A DNA stretch of 63,801 nucleotides from Octopus bimaculoides (lineage: Eukaryota), in NCBI RefSeq assembly GCF_001194135.2, contig NC_068981.1:3251677-3315477 (forward strand), given 5' to 3'. The stretch's first letter is position 1; every line of letters begins with the position of its first letter. This document shows positions 1 through 13,600 of the stretch, one piece after another. The notes under the pieces were generated by a model. It was not told the DNA's origin. It searched no databases and worked only from the letters and a program-made list of their open reading frames with translations. The translations under genes were made by a program, and so were the position numbers.

Positions 1-212
1 AGCGTGGCCGTTTTCGTGCGGGTGACACGTAAAAGCACCCACTACACTCTCTGAGTGGTTGGCGTTAGGAAGGGCATCCAGCTGTAGAAACTCTGCCAAA
101 TCAGACTGGAGCCTGGTGTTGCCATCCGGTTTCACCAGTCCTCAGTCAAATCGTCCAACCCATGCTAGCATGGAAAGCGGACGTTAAACGATGATGATGA
201 TGATGATGATGA
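1..212 (+). mobile_element. 3' tail of RTE-type LINE family (truncated copy)
   Basis: Matches the tail downstream of RT-coding remnants at 32.4-33.4 kb and 48.1-49.3 kb; ends CCATGCTAGCATGG...CGTTAAAC(GAT)n. Confidence 0.75.
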
Positions 213-1548
213 TGTTTGTGTGTGTTTGTTCCTTTGCCATTGCTTGACAACCTATGTTGGTTGTTTATCCCTGTAACTTAGTGGTTCGGCAAAAGAGAGC
301 AATAAAATAAGTACTAGGCTTACAAAGACTCTTTAAGGTGGTGCTCCAGTATAGCCACAGTCAAATGACTGAAACAAGTAAAAGAATGCAGTGAAGAAAA
401 GATAACATTTACTTGATGATAAGTATTATTTTAATAATTTGGGCTAAGTATAAGAAATAACTCTGACCATGTTTCAGCCTTATTAGACATCCTTAGAAAA
501 GCATAGACTACCATCCTTACTGTGATGAGAAAATTATATATATAATGATAATTATCTTATCTTTATCCTTGGTTAATATGTTCTGTTAGTTACTACATTT
601 AGTTTTGATGTGAATGTGAATATCTATCTTTTCCCTGGAAGGGACATAGTGGCTGAAGATGTGCACAATATTAAATAGTGGATGGAAAAAGGGGTGTAAG
701 AGTGTAATATATGACATGGAAGTGGGGTCTTGTCTTGATCAACTTGTGATCTAATGCACTATCTAGTATACTATCAGTTAGAATGGTCAAATTATTATTA
801 CTCACTCTAACAATCTCTCCAAAACATGCTCACATATATACACACTAGGTTTAACTCCCTATACATGTCTGTATTACAGGCACATGCAGTGATGTGCACA
901 CATATATTTTTACATACATGTAAATGTACATACCAGTCTGTATAAATGTATATGTGCCTGACAACACACTTGCATATTTCTTGGCCTCTCTCTTCTATAC
1001 TTGACACATATTTAAACAACTGGTATCCTCCACATGCATAATATGTGTGTACCAGTGTAGTTTTCCTTCACACTATATCTCATTCCTCTTAGATTCAGTT
1101 GTTCTCTTAGATTCATTTGTGCTTCATTGTTCATGTATTCTAACATTACACATTCAGTAGAGCATACTCATTTCATTTCTTTCCTGTCTTTGCACATCAC
1201 CTGTGTTCAAAACCCATTCTCACTGCCTTACACAATTGCACTTCTTACACTAGTATTATACAATTTTCCCCTTTACTCTGAGAAACTATTTTGCAAACAG
1301 AAGAGGTAATAGCTCCCTCAACTTTCTCCACTCATTTCTTATTCTAGTTAGTATGCTTTTGGAACAGCCTCTTTCAATGATAATTAGGTTACCCAGGTAA
1401 CAAAAAACTATCAACTACTTCAAGGAGCCTTCCAAATATTTGAAGGAATTTATTTCTCATATTGTTTTTTACTGTTAGCTACTCTTGTGCACCTGCTACA
1501 TGTGAAGTCTAACTTCATTGTCATACTTCTTGTACATAGAGTACACTA

Positions 1549-1756
1549 CAGTAATCCCTTGTCATATCGCAGTTTATTATTTAAGCTTATGTCGATTACT
1601 CCATGGTGTTGTTTTGCATATATAATAAAATAAATATATACAAATCATAAAAATAATAATAAAAATATATAATACAGTACTGCTTTTACTTCACAGATTT
1701 TCCCCTATCGCAGGGTTTTTTAGAATGTAACACTTGTGATAGTTGAGGGATTACTG
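1549..1756. mobile_element. pogo/Tigger-like MITE
   Basis: Termini CAGTAATCCC... and ...GGGATTACTG are inverted repeats flanked by TA (1547-1548, 1757-1758). Confidence 0.7.
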
Positions 1757-2789
1757 TATATGGAGTTTCTATTAACACTTTTGCATTTTGAACTTATCTG
1801 TTTTACTGATAGTTGTAAAGTCTCGACTTATTACCTACCAAGTAAAACTGTGTTAGTGACTCTATTTTGCAGATTATTTTAAGCATCTCGGCAACTATCC
1901 CTCATGTGCCATCTGGCTTTAATTGTACTTGTAACAATACAACTGTCACTTTTAATGGCCAGTCTCTCTATTGGGTTTACTTTGGCAAGGATCCTACCTC
2001 TTTAAAGCAGTCTCCTCATTTTGGTAGCCTTTTGTAATGGCACTTCCATGTCTCCTTGTTTATAGTGACACCATTATCATCATCATCATTCATATACACT
2101 TTCCATGTTGTTATCAGTTTGATGGATCATCACAGTCCAAATCAGTTTTTATTTGAACTTACTGCCCTCCTAGATGGGTAGTAACACTGTGCCTTGTTCA
2201 TGCGTTTCATTTTTGGCTTGATTTCTACATCTGAATGTCCTTTGTAACATCAATCACTTTTCATGACACCAGTACTATAGAGGTTGTCATGCCTTCAGCA
2301 AAACTAGAGTCATCTCAACTTTGTGTTTTCTCTGCTTGATTTGCCAGCCACTTTATAGAGTTCCAAAAACAAGAGGGAGAATATGAGATAGTGATGGCTT
2401 TAGGGGAGGTTTTGAGAGAAGTGAAAGTATGATGGAATGAACAGATTTATTGTTGTGAGAGGATGCTTGAAGAGAAAGTAACAGAGGAGACTTGATTTTA
2501 ATAGAAGGGAAAGGGAAAGAATAAAGTCAGGAATTAGCGAGAGAAAGAGAGAGGGGAGATTGAATAGTAGAGTACATTAACTTGGGAGTAGATTTAGTAC
2601 TATCCCATGTTATATAGTGGTGGGTGTAGGGGTGCATGAAAGATTGATAAAGATGACTGATGAAGAGTGTACACTCAATGTAAACTCTACAGCCTTTTCT
2701 ATTGCTATTATAATGGCTTCTGTTACTCTGTGATCAACTACTTCTAAGAAGCAAGTAATTAGCATATCTATAAACACACACACACACAC

Positions 2790-3052
2790 ACCCTTCCTAA
2801 TGCCAACCACTCCAAGAGTGTAGTAGGTGCTTTTTATGTGCCACCGGCCTGACTGGCTCCTGTGCTGGTGGCACATAAAAAGCATTCACTACACTCTCAG
2901 AGTGGTTGGCATTAAGGAGGGCATCCAGCTGTAGAAACATTGCCAGATCAGATTGGAGCCTGGTGCATCTGATAGCTTTCCAGACTTCAGTGAAACCATC
3001 CAACCCATGCCAGCATGGAAAACGGACGTTAAACGATGATGATGACAATGAT
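2790..3052 (+). mobile_element. RTE-family 3' UTR/tail copy
   Basis: Same motif series as 33000-33360, ending in (GAT)n. Confidence 0.75.
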
Positions 3053-3799
3053 ATATATATAAAAGAAAATAAAAGATAACAGTGACATTGAAGTTTTGGC
3101 TTACTTGCTTTCATCAGTTTCTGAAATATTTCTTTATAAGTCATATAGAGTACTCTTCTGAAAACAATTGAATGATCCCTCTATTTAAATGCCCAACTGT
3201 TTTTTTTCATATACTTTTACATAAAACACACACACATACACTCACACATCAAGTAGTGGGAATTTAAATGACTGGCAATTAACTTGGTAGCAAGTAGCAC
3301 TCCAACGTATATCAGGCTAACAGGGTACTTGGGAAGAATGCATGATTTCTCCTTGGCACAAAGGATATAGTCCTTACTTTCATTTGTACTCTGGGCTTTC
3401 TGGAATATTTTTCTTTCCTTTATTTACTAACCTTAAACCATAAATTTGTTTAAGAGGAGATCATTTATGAATTAATCTAAAGGTGTTAACTCCTGTAATA
3501 ATGCCTTTGTTGAGTTGTATTGAAAAGAAGTTAAATGTTACTTAAAAAATAAATGATTGAATAATAAGATCTATACAGAAAGCATAAGGTTTAGTTTAAT
3601 GATAGTCTCATTTTAAAAGGGAGAAGGAAAAAATGGATAACTAGATAAAATAGGAAAAAAGATGAAGGAAAAATATTTCAGCTAAAAAGTATTAAAAGGA
3701 GAAGACTCCATAAAAGAAATCTGCATCTCTCCCATCACTTACCAGACCAGCAGGAATACAGAATCTCATTCAGTGCAGCTGTGTCCATACTGAATGGGG

Positions 3800-4140
3800 C
3801 ATGTTTATATTTACTGAATGCTTTTGATTTGGCATTTGAATATATCTCTGGCTGCAGTGAGTTTTCTGTGCAGAGATCACATCTTTTGCTGCCATTTACA
3901 TAAAGCCTACATTTCTCAACAATCCTCCAGTTGGGAATGTAGTCTGCAGTGTTTCCTTTTAAATACCAAATATAACTCATTACTTTTGCTATATTTTGTT
4001 CATCAATGTTTCTGAAGGAAAATGTATGATTTTAAGTCTTGTTTTGAATGGTCTTTCTGTCATACCAATATAGTGTTTTAGGGAAATTCCTCTGTTATCA
4101 AAGTTCTCTTTGATAAAAATTAAAAAATATTTCTACCAAC
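3800..4140 (-). mobile_element. Penelope-like element remnant, GIY-YIG endonuclease C-terminal part
   Basis: Minus-strand translation gives KHYIGMTERPFKTR followed, across a frameshift, by SYIWYLKGNTADYIPNWRIVEKCRLYVNGSKRCDLCTE, the usual PLE endonuclease tail pattern (YIG.TE..FK.R...YIW.LK...W....KRC.LC..E). Confidence 0.7.
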
Positions 4141-4308
4141 ATTGAATTCTAAAAGATGAGCAGTAGCACAAACCTGTGCTTTTGTAAGTAAGCTTTTCTA
4201 AAGGGTTTGTTTGTGCTAGTACTTAAATCTTGTATGGTATCCAGAAAATAGTCAAGCTCTTCTCAATACTGTCTCTAAAGTTGCAAAAATCTTGATGTTT
4301 GGATTATA

Positions 4309-4594
4309 TGAGGTGGTATCAAAAAGATCCTGGACTAGGTATGTTTGATAAAAAATAATTTATTTAGCTAAGTTTTAACATCATCTCCTTCAAAATAGTC
4401 ACCTTGCACAGCAATACACTGGTCTCAGCATTCCTGCCACTTTTGGAAATTTCACGACTTGCAAAGTGAACACAGTGATGTCACTTGGTACACTGCCTCA
4501 TGACAGTCACTGCTAGTTCTCACTGTGCACACAGTGTGCTGCCATCTGTTGGCATGTTACATAACTAGTCCAGGAACTTTTTGATACCACCTTG
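4309..4594. mobile_element. mariner-like non-autonomous element (MITE)
   Basis: ~30-bp terminal inverted repeats TGAGGTGGTATCAAAAAGATCCTGGACTAG / CTAGTCCAGGAACTTTTTGATACCACCTTG; TA on both flanks. Confidence 0.75.
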
Positions 4595-4635
4595 TATCCT
4601 TCCATAGCTTAATCTGTGTTTTCAGTAATAGCTAA

Positions 4636-5085
4636 TACATGTGTGTGGTGTGTGTTGTTGGTGTGGCATGGCGTGTTGTGTGTAGTAAGGTGTGTTGTGC
4701 ATCACGTGTTGCACAGCGCATGTGTTGCATGTGGTGTGGCATGGCACACGTTGCGTGTGGTGTTGTGTGGTGCGCATGGTGTATGTGTTAAGCATGTGGT
4801 GTGTGCGTTGTGTGGTGAACATGGCATGTGCATTGTGTGGCGCATGTTGTGTTGCATGTAGCATGTGCATTGTGTGGTGTGCATTGTGTTGCATGTGGCA
4901 TGTATGTTGTGATACACATTGTGTCGCACGTGGGATGTGCGTTGTCATACGTGGCATGTGTGTTGTGTGGTGCACGTTGCACATGGTTTCTGTGTGTTGT
5001 GTGGTGCCTGTTGTATCGCACATGGCGTGTGTTGTGGCACGCATAGCATGGCATGTGTGGTGTGGTGTGTGTGTGTGCAAGATAA
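4636..5085. repeat. Degenerate TG/GCAT-rich low-complexity repeat
   Basis: Shuffled TGTG, GCAT, TGG and TTG units; source of six spurious Cys/His-rich ORFs. Confidence 0.85.
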
Positions 5086-5303
5086 ATAATGATTAGTTTT
5101 ACATTATTAGGAATATAAAGAAATTTAATTAATGTCATTAATCTTTTGATTGATAATCTTTTTTCATTGAATTTTCAAAAGATTGCTTATTTTATGTCAT
5201 GATTTCTTCAATGTAAGTTTTGTGTAAGAGATAAATTTTTTTGTAATACACATTCTGCGTACATGACAGCTAAAGTTGAGTAAATAAATATTAGTATATA
5301 TTA

Positions 5304-5933
5304 TTCCTAGAGGAGGATTAGTGTTAAGTTGATAACCAATAGCATTAAATGTGCCAGCCATGTGATTGTAATATCATCTTTTGAATGGCCTCTCTGTCAT
5401 ATAAATATTAGTAGATATTATTTGTGGAATGCCATTCTTTCCTATGTAATTTTAATTATTTTATTCCATTGATTTATTATGTTTGGTACAAAGCTACATA
5501 TTCATTAGACAGGTGGAATTTGGTTGAATGAACACCAGCACATAGCTGGCATTGATTTTATTGATGCCTGAAGACTGAAAGATAAATATTCACTTCTGTG
5601 GAACTTAAATTAATACAAAAAAAGAAAAATTTATAGAGATTTTAGTGAAGCCCATTTTCCTTTCTACTACTTTTAGATAATATTATTAAAAATTTTAACA
5701 ACTCTAGAGACCTTATATAAATAGAAATTCAGCTTGTAAATGTTTCCGTGAGGTAAAAAATAAGAGCAGTGTTTTCTTACATACTGTTCACACACTCACA
5801 CATTTGTCCATGACTTCTAAAGATTAATTCTTAGAGGAGGATTAGTGGTAAGTTGATAACCAATAGTATTAAATGTACCATCCATGTAATTGTAAAAATC
5901 TTCTTTTGAATGGCCTCTCTGTCATATCAATAT
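5304..5933 (-). repeat. Two ~105-bp direct repeats (5304-5407, 5828-5933) resembling the PLE GIY-YIG coding segment
   Basis: Both share TAGAGGAGGATTAGTG...TTTTGAATGGCCTCTCTGTCATA; the minus strand of the second reads YIDMTERPFKRR, and both resemble 4040-4075. Confidence 0.6.
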
Positions 5934-6427
5934 AATACTTAAAGGTGGTGCTATGGTTTTGTTCTATTGATTTAAACTAACTTATTAGTGGTTGAGCTAA
6001 CGAAGGAGCTTCTCTGTTGGACTCACTAGAAATAAGTCAAAATTCAGTCAAATAAAACCTAAATGATTGACACAGGGTTTGATGTTGGAAGCACAATCAT
6101 AAGTTTTAGCTTTGATTCCCATACCAGGTGGTGCATTATTTTCTTGAGTAAACCTTTTCATTTCACGTTACTCCAGTCCACTTAACTGAGAATGAATATC
6201 AACAACAACCGGGAGGTGGGGTTGCTCCATGATGTTGTCCCATGTACTCTTGCCTGATTTGTAACTGACTCAAATACCTTACTGTCTGACAGAAAGGACA
6301 TAGTTGGTGATGTGCTCTTTATTTAGATACAAAATCATCAGCATAAGAGTCATGGCTGGAACACTTTTGGTCATAGAAGTATTCAGTCGCAGCTGAACTG
6401 GACTTAAACACAAACAGATAGTTATTG

Positions 6428-6590
6428 GCTGGCTGTGTGGTAAGTAGCTTGCTTACCAACCACATGGTTCCGGGTTCAGTCCCACTGCATGGCATCTTGG
6501 ACAAGTGTTTTCTACTATAGCTTTGGGTCGACCAAAGCCTTGTGAGTGGATTTGGTAGACAGAAACTGAAAGAAGCCCATTGTATGTATG

Positions 6591-6625
<35 letters not shown>

Positions 6626-6830
6626 ATATGTTTGTGTGTCTGTGTTTGTCCCCCAACATCGCTTGACGACTGATGCTGGTGTGTTTACGTCCCTGTAACT
6701 TAGTGGTTCAGCAAAAGAGACCGATAGAATAAGTACTAGGCTTACAAAGAATAAGTCCTGGGGTCGATTTCTTTGACTAAAGGTGGTGCTCCAGCATGGC
6801 CACAGTCAAATGACTGAAACAAGTAAAAGA
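6428..6830 (+). mobile_element. tRNA-derived SINE, family A (full length)
   Basis: A-box-like TGGCTGTGTGGT, B-box-like GGGTTCAGTCC, central microsatellite, tail ending GACTGAAACAAGTAAAAGA. Homologous copies at ~230-380, ~53345-53520 and ~59860-60235. Confidence 0.8.
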
Positions 6831-8702
6831 GTGCCACTTGAAAAAATAAAGCTTTTCTAAGTGGCATCAAAATGTAAAAAAATTATAAGGAAAAGAGCAA
6901 ATCGTGAAACCAATATAGTGCAGTGTCTTTTTTGCTTAATTGTGAATATGCATGGCTTTGTGGTTGTTACATCTTCTAAACCAGTCACATTGTCTGTATC
7001 CAAAGAAGTTCTCTTGAAACTTAGTGTAAAAAAAAAAAAAAGACAAAAAGTATATGCTTTGGTTACTTATAGGTGCTCTCTATGTTGTAAGCAATCATTA
7101 TTATTTAACATCCACTTTTCCATGCTTGCATGGGTTAGACGAAATTCACTGAGGTAGATTTTCTACAGTCAGATGCCCATCTTGTTGTCAACTCTTATCC
7201 GTTTCCAAACAAAGTAATATTTCCCATGCCCAGATCTTTATAATGAAAGACTGGAAATGAACAGCATTATTCATATGATAATGGTGCTCATTTACAGTCA
7301 TCACATGATGTCAAAACAAAGAGAAACACACACACACACTTACAAGGGGCTTCTTTCACTTTCCATCTACCAAATTTACTCATAAGGATTCGGTTGGCAT
7401 GAGGCTTTGGAGAAAACACTTTCCCAAGATACCAAATAAAGAAAAGAACAGCAATCTTTATTTATATATATATATATAAAAATTTTATTCACAGACAGAG
7501 AATGTTGTGCATGAAAATGACATTGGCTTTAGTTGACCCTTTCGAGCTAAGAGTTTTATATACAAAAAGGGTCTAAGAAAACTGCTGCAAAAGAGTGTTT
7601 ATAAAATTTAAAATTACCCAAATCCCTTCAAAATAAATAAGTAAAAATAGACTTATGTACCACTTATTCTTTAAGTTAAATATTGTGCTTTTACAAATTC
7701 ACATTTTTGAAAAAGAAAATATAAAAACAAACAAAACTTTTAACAGTAAGTTTAAATCCATTGATATAGAATTTGAAGATAAATGTAATTGTTTTATATA
7801 GTGTGACATATTCAAGTGGAATAGAAAGCAAGCATTTTTCTTTTATTCATCGCTAGTTTTCAATAAGTGCAAAATAATACTAAAAAGAAATCTTTTCTTG
7901 GTTCAACCTGCTGATTATAAAAATGAAAGTTTCCATGGTGAAGATGCGTATTTAGTGATGCATAGCTTAATATGCTGTTAAAATATATTTGCATCAATTA
8001 TTAAAAAAAAAAAAAAAACTGGGGAGGGAGCAGGAGGTGGGGTTGGTTAAACAAGAATGAAATTGGAACAAGCACTTTTGTATGATAAATTTCATCACTG
8101 TATAGATTTCTTCAGCCAAATATAAATATTTTCATTTTTCTCTCCATTAAAATAGGTTTAGTTGTGTATGTGTGTATAGAAAGATATATAGCTCAACAAA
8201 TTTCATTTATATTTAATTTAGGCCTGATCAACTAGTACTAATGATCTAATTATGATTACTTTTCTTAAGAGATATACTTTTGAAACCGTTCAGTTGCAAA
8301 TTTTAATAATGTCTAAATGATTCCTATATTTTATATTACTATCATCATCATTTACATTGGTTTTTCTATGCTGGCATGGGTTGAATAGCTCATGATGGTG
8401 CAAGTGTGTGTGTGTGTGTGTGTTATGTGTAGTCATTCAAGGATGAGTCATTTCTTTGCCACTTCAGGTTTCATGCTCCTATGTAAATGTATTTATTCAG
8501 CACATAGATGTAGGAAACTCAAAGTACCACAAAGTGAACCATCAACCTTCAAATGAATAAACTTTACTGCAATGAGTACTATTCCCCCTGTTTGTTCAGA
8601 CATATTTATTTGAAGCTGATGCTTCGTTATGAACTTCTTGCTGCTATCATGTTCTTCACAGCAGCATACACTCTGTGGAAATCTGTATTTATGTATGTGT
8701 GA

Positions 8703-8795
<93 letters not shown>

Positions 8796-9900
8796 CATGT
8801 ATCTTAAACCCTGTTTAATGGATAATTACTTGGCTTCAACAAAATCTATGTTCATCCTAACACATACATGCTTGCACAAACATAAAACATGTCTTATAAT
8901 TAAAATGACTATTCATTTTTGAATTTACAAACTTCAAAAATAATTTATTATAAAGTAAATTGTTTTAAAAATACTTCAAATCTTAGAAATAAAATTCACC
9001 ATAGTTTCATATTTAAGGAATAGCTACACAGTTACCAAAGCATTTCCTTCATTACATTTGCTATGTGGACCAGTCAAATAGAGAATCAGAATGAAAACAA
9101 GTTTCATTTCATGTATGATCTTTCCCTTTTCAGTTAAAGGTAAATTAAAATTCAGAATAGTAATCATATAGTTGTTGATTGAAAGTAACCTATAAGAGTG
9201 CTTATTTGAATACTCTGTGAGCTGAACTTATTTTGAGTGTAGACGTTATACATTCTTTTCTTTGTATTGTAGTGATCTTCTGAAAACTTTTATATGAAAG
9301 TTATATTTTAGGGAACAGAAGTTAGTAGTAAAAAAAAAAAATAGTGGTAATATGAAGGGTTAATCTTAATTTTCCAAATATTGAAAAATGTAATATTTTA
9401 GAATTCCAAAAATATTTGAAGTTAATTCTATACTTTTTAAATAGAATTCTATTAAAATTCTAAGAAACGGTATAGTGTGTTAATTGTATCATTGAACTTT
9501 TTAAAGTGGCAGTTGAAGTATTTAAATACAGTGCATTGCAAGTGAGCTTGAATGTTTTTTAAAATTTTTTTTTAACAAAGACAAATTGACTGTGTTTAAA
9601 GGAGTTAATATAATAGGTATATTATGAGTTGATGGTAACATTTTCCAAATTATTGAGGAATCAGTGCAGAAAATACATTAAATAAATAATAAAAAAAGTC
9701 GGGGAGGATATTCATCTGACAAGCAGCTGAGCATAGTATCTTTAGATGCTTTCATATTTTTATTTTCAAACAAAAGGAGTTATTTTGATATTCAATTTTA
9801 TATACATATATATATGTATGTATATATATATCTCACTTCCCGAGTGTTAAACTAATACACCCGTCTTTTGTTTTGTTTTTTTGTAAATTCCAACTATACA

Positions 9901-9947
<47 letters not shown>

Positions 9948-10645
9948 NNNNNNNNNNNNNNNNNNNNNNNNNNNNNNNNNNNNNNNNNNNNNNNNNNNNN
10001 NNNNNNNNNNNNNNNNNNNNNNNNNNNNNNNNNNNNNNNNNNNNNNNNNNNNNNNNNNNNNNNNNNNNNNNNNNNNNNNNNNNNNNNNNNNNNNNNNNNN
10101 NNNNNNNNNNNNNNNNNNNNNNNNNNNNNNNNNNNNNNNNNNNNNNNNNNNNNNNNNNNNNNNNNNNNNNNNNNNNNNNNNNNNNNNNNNNNNNNNNNNN
10201 NNNNNNNNNNNNNNNNNNNNNNNNNNNNNNNNNNNNNNNNNNNNNNNNNNNNNNNNNNNNNNNNNNNNNNNNNNNNNNNNNNNNNNNNNNNNNNNNNNNN
10301 NNNNNNNNNNNNNNNNNNNNNNNNNNNNNNNNNNNNNNNNNNNNNNNNNNNNNNNNNNNNNNNNNNNNNNNNNNNNNNNNNNNNNNNNNNNNNNNNNNNN
10401 NNNNNNNNNNNNNNNNNNNNNNNNNNNNNNNNNNNNNNNNNNNNNNNNNNNNNNNNNNNNNNNNNNNNNNNNNNNNNNNNNNNNNNNNNNNNNNNNNNNN
10501 NNNNNNNNNNNNNNNNNNNNNNNNNNNNNNNNNNNNNNNNNNNNNNNNNNNNNNNNNNNNNNNNNNNNNNNNNNNNNNNNNNNNNNNNNNNNNNNNNNNN
10601 NNNNNNNNNNNNNNNNNNNNNNNNNNNNNNNNNNNNNNNNNNNNN
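9948..10645. other. Assembly gap; others at 14483-14509, 21234-21422, 46554-46869, 47570-47579, 49876-50076
   Basis: Runs of N, most abutting (AT)n microsatellites. Confidence 1.
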
Positions 10646-13600
10646 TTACATAAACTACAGCAGGCAGTGCTCACTGAGAACCTTAACTTAGGTGTATGAA
10701 AACAAAATTACTTTTGAAGTTTCTCATTTAGCATCTTTTTCTTTTTTTCTTGTTTGTTTTAAATACATTGCATCAGATGTATTGTTGGAATACACTGAAC
10801 TGAATCCATTGGAATAATTATTTTAGATGGAACATTCAAACATCTAAGATTCATATAATTAAAAATTCGGAACTTTCAAATTTTCCAGTTGTTCAAATTT
10901 TACAACACACTTTTAACAGAATATTTTTTTTTTTTTTTTCATGTAATAATAGTAATAATAATTAGTTCTTTGCAGCATTTTTCAAAGCCATTAAAGATAT
11001 TTTTCATATAGGACTTAACATCTCTGTCAAATAAGCTACATGATAGCACCATCATCATTAGGACAAACTCACCCAATTCTTGATACATCAATTGGGTAGC
11101 ATAATAAAGGAGAAAAAAAAAAAGAACAGAAATAGACAAGCATTTATAGCCTTAGTTTTAGTGTAATACATTTTAAATGACATTTAAACATTAATACAGT
11201 AATAATAGCTAGCTCATGTTGAATTTTAACATAGTTACTACTTTTTCAATATACAAGCACAATTTTTCCCTCTAATAACATAGCGTGAATTTGCTTACAC
11301 TTTTTTAATGGCTTAGTCAGAGGAGGAAGGGTAGTGTCTGTCACCCCTTTTCAGGGCCTCTGAGACTGGTAAGGAGGAAGGGAGGAAGTTATTTTCAGAC
11401 CAGAGATCTGGTCTAAATGCTTACAATGAAGATGATTCTGCTATAAGTACTCAAGGGCCAGGTGATGGTGTAATGAATTTAAGTTTACCACCCTAGAACA
11501 GAAGCGGTCCTTTCAACAGGCTTTCCACACAGTTTCCATCAACTAAATTTAATTCACATTGCTTAGTCAATGCAAGGCTGTGATAAAAGTTGCTTGCCAA
11601 AAATGCTGCACATTGGGATTGAATATAAAACCGCTTACCTGTGAAGCAAACTTCTTAACTATACATCCATGGCCATGCCTAAAGCTAGCACAAGTAACCA
11701 AACTTATTGACAACTACTAACATATTTTGGATTTTAATAGAATAGTGCTCCCACAGTTACAATATTCCCTATTTGTCTGAAAATAATTGGTGAGAATGGA
11801 ATAAGTGAAATATAACATACTTGAATGTATACTTTAGAATATATTGATTTAAATAGTTCATTTTCAACTAATTAATATAACAGAATCCAGATCAATTCAT
11901 TCAATAAATACAATCACTTAGAAATAGATTTTCATATTTGTGTTATTCTTTGTGATGGATTTACACAGAAAATAAGAGTTTTATGGTGATGTTCTCAGTA
12001 TTCAACTTGAATGGAGAAATTTTCACTTACAAATACCAAAGTTTTTTTTTTTTGTCAGTTCTCTGACAAAAGCCAATTTCTTAATATTTTCTGATCCTTA
12101 GGCAAAATTTTACTATTATATTATATTACAGACTATTATCTCATGTTGGTGTTTGTCTTATGATTATATCAGGTTTTTGTACTACTATTATCTGCTCATT
12201 ATGCTCTGAGAAAATTCTGTAAGTTCTATAAGTATTATTTCCAATAATAGCTGTTGCTATTGTTGTAACTATGAGACACTTTTGTGCATGTTTGCGGGGT
12301 GGGGAACCCTTCAAAATTAAATGATATTAAAAATAGGCTTTTAAATAGTTTTCTAAATTCATTTACGAAAATGTTCAACAACATCAAAACATAAATTGGA
12401 TAAGACAAGGACATGTTATATATATACCTTCAAAGTATATGTAATATATATATATATATATGTATATATATATGAATTAAATAAGCACAATAAGCTGCAG
12501 AAAGCAAAGACCAAACGCATTTTGCTTGACACTTAAGAATCATTTCACTAAGTAACTTCAGTCATTTTTCATTTTGCATCAAAAAAACAAACAAACAAAA
12601 TACAAAAAAAAAACACATTAACAGGTGGATATAAAACATAAATAAAACATATCAAGCTTTATCGTATTTCCATGCTTCATACCTTGTTGCTTTTATATCA
12701 TAGGTTGTTCCCCCAACACAAAAGAAAACTCAAAAATATTTTGGTGGAAAAAAAAAAAGAAGTCGTCCATAAAATAAAGAGTTCCTTCTTGATAAAAGTA
12801 TTTTATTTTGGTAAAAAATATATTCTCCCGATTGGATTTTTTTTTTTTTAAGAAAACTTCCACTTATCATAAGTGTGTGTATTGTGCATCTGATGACTAC
12901 TTTTTTATGTTAATAAGAATGGAAAAGTTTTATCCTTAGTTGAATTTACTGTTATTTAGCATCAAACATAGTGTCATCTTAGAAATCAATACAATGTCCT
13001 ATTGTCATTTCAATACACACCAGTATTGAGTTCTTACTCAGCCTGCATCAGATTTCAGATACAAATTTATTCAAAGATGTTAAGCTGGTTCTAGATTAGA
13101 TGAAATGTGTGGTTTAGAATGTATAATTTCCACTTTGGTGTTGTTGTTTAGTCAAAGGCATTCTAACCATGACCATCCCACCCTTTTCTTTATCTCAGAG
13201 ATCTAGAATTTTCTTTATTCAATATGTCCTGTATCTTTTAAGACAGTGGTGTTTGATTCAAGAGGGAAGACTGAATGCCACACAGAGGTTCCCTTATAGG
13301 CCAGTGGATGTAAATTTGATCTGCTAGCAGGCTGTAACCATTTTTGTGTTCATTAACCCATGGCTTAAATAACTACTCCTGTTTGTATGGTAATAATAAT
13401 TGAGAGCTGTAGTAAATGGGCTGTTAGGGTGTCATTGTAACCATCTGAAGAGTTACAAATTCACATTATGGTATCGGTGTTGGATAGCGTCTATAGTAAG
13501 GACAAATACTAAAGAACTTGTTAGGTTAGAATTAATTTCCAATAGAGTTATAAAATAAAACTTCTCAGAAAATATTCCAACAATATCAATACATTAACAT

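Noticed and set aside
4616-5138. Six overlapping Cys/His/Thr-rich ORFs
   Set aside because: Products of a low-complexity repeat; no domain or splice support.
8600-8692. Possible small plus-strand exon (HIYLKLMLRYELLAAIMFFTAAYTLWKS) after a good-looking acceptor
   Set aside because: No recognisable homology, weak donor, no partner exons found.
9847-10691. Long ORFs of 261-275 aa (likewise at 20.9-21.8, 46.4-47.1 and 49.9-50.2 kb)
   Set aside because: Artefacts of N gaps and (AT)n microsatellites.
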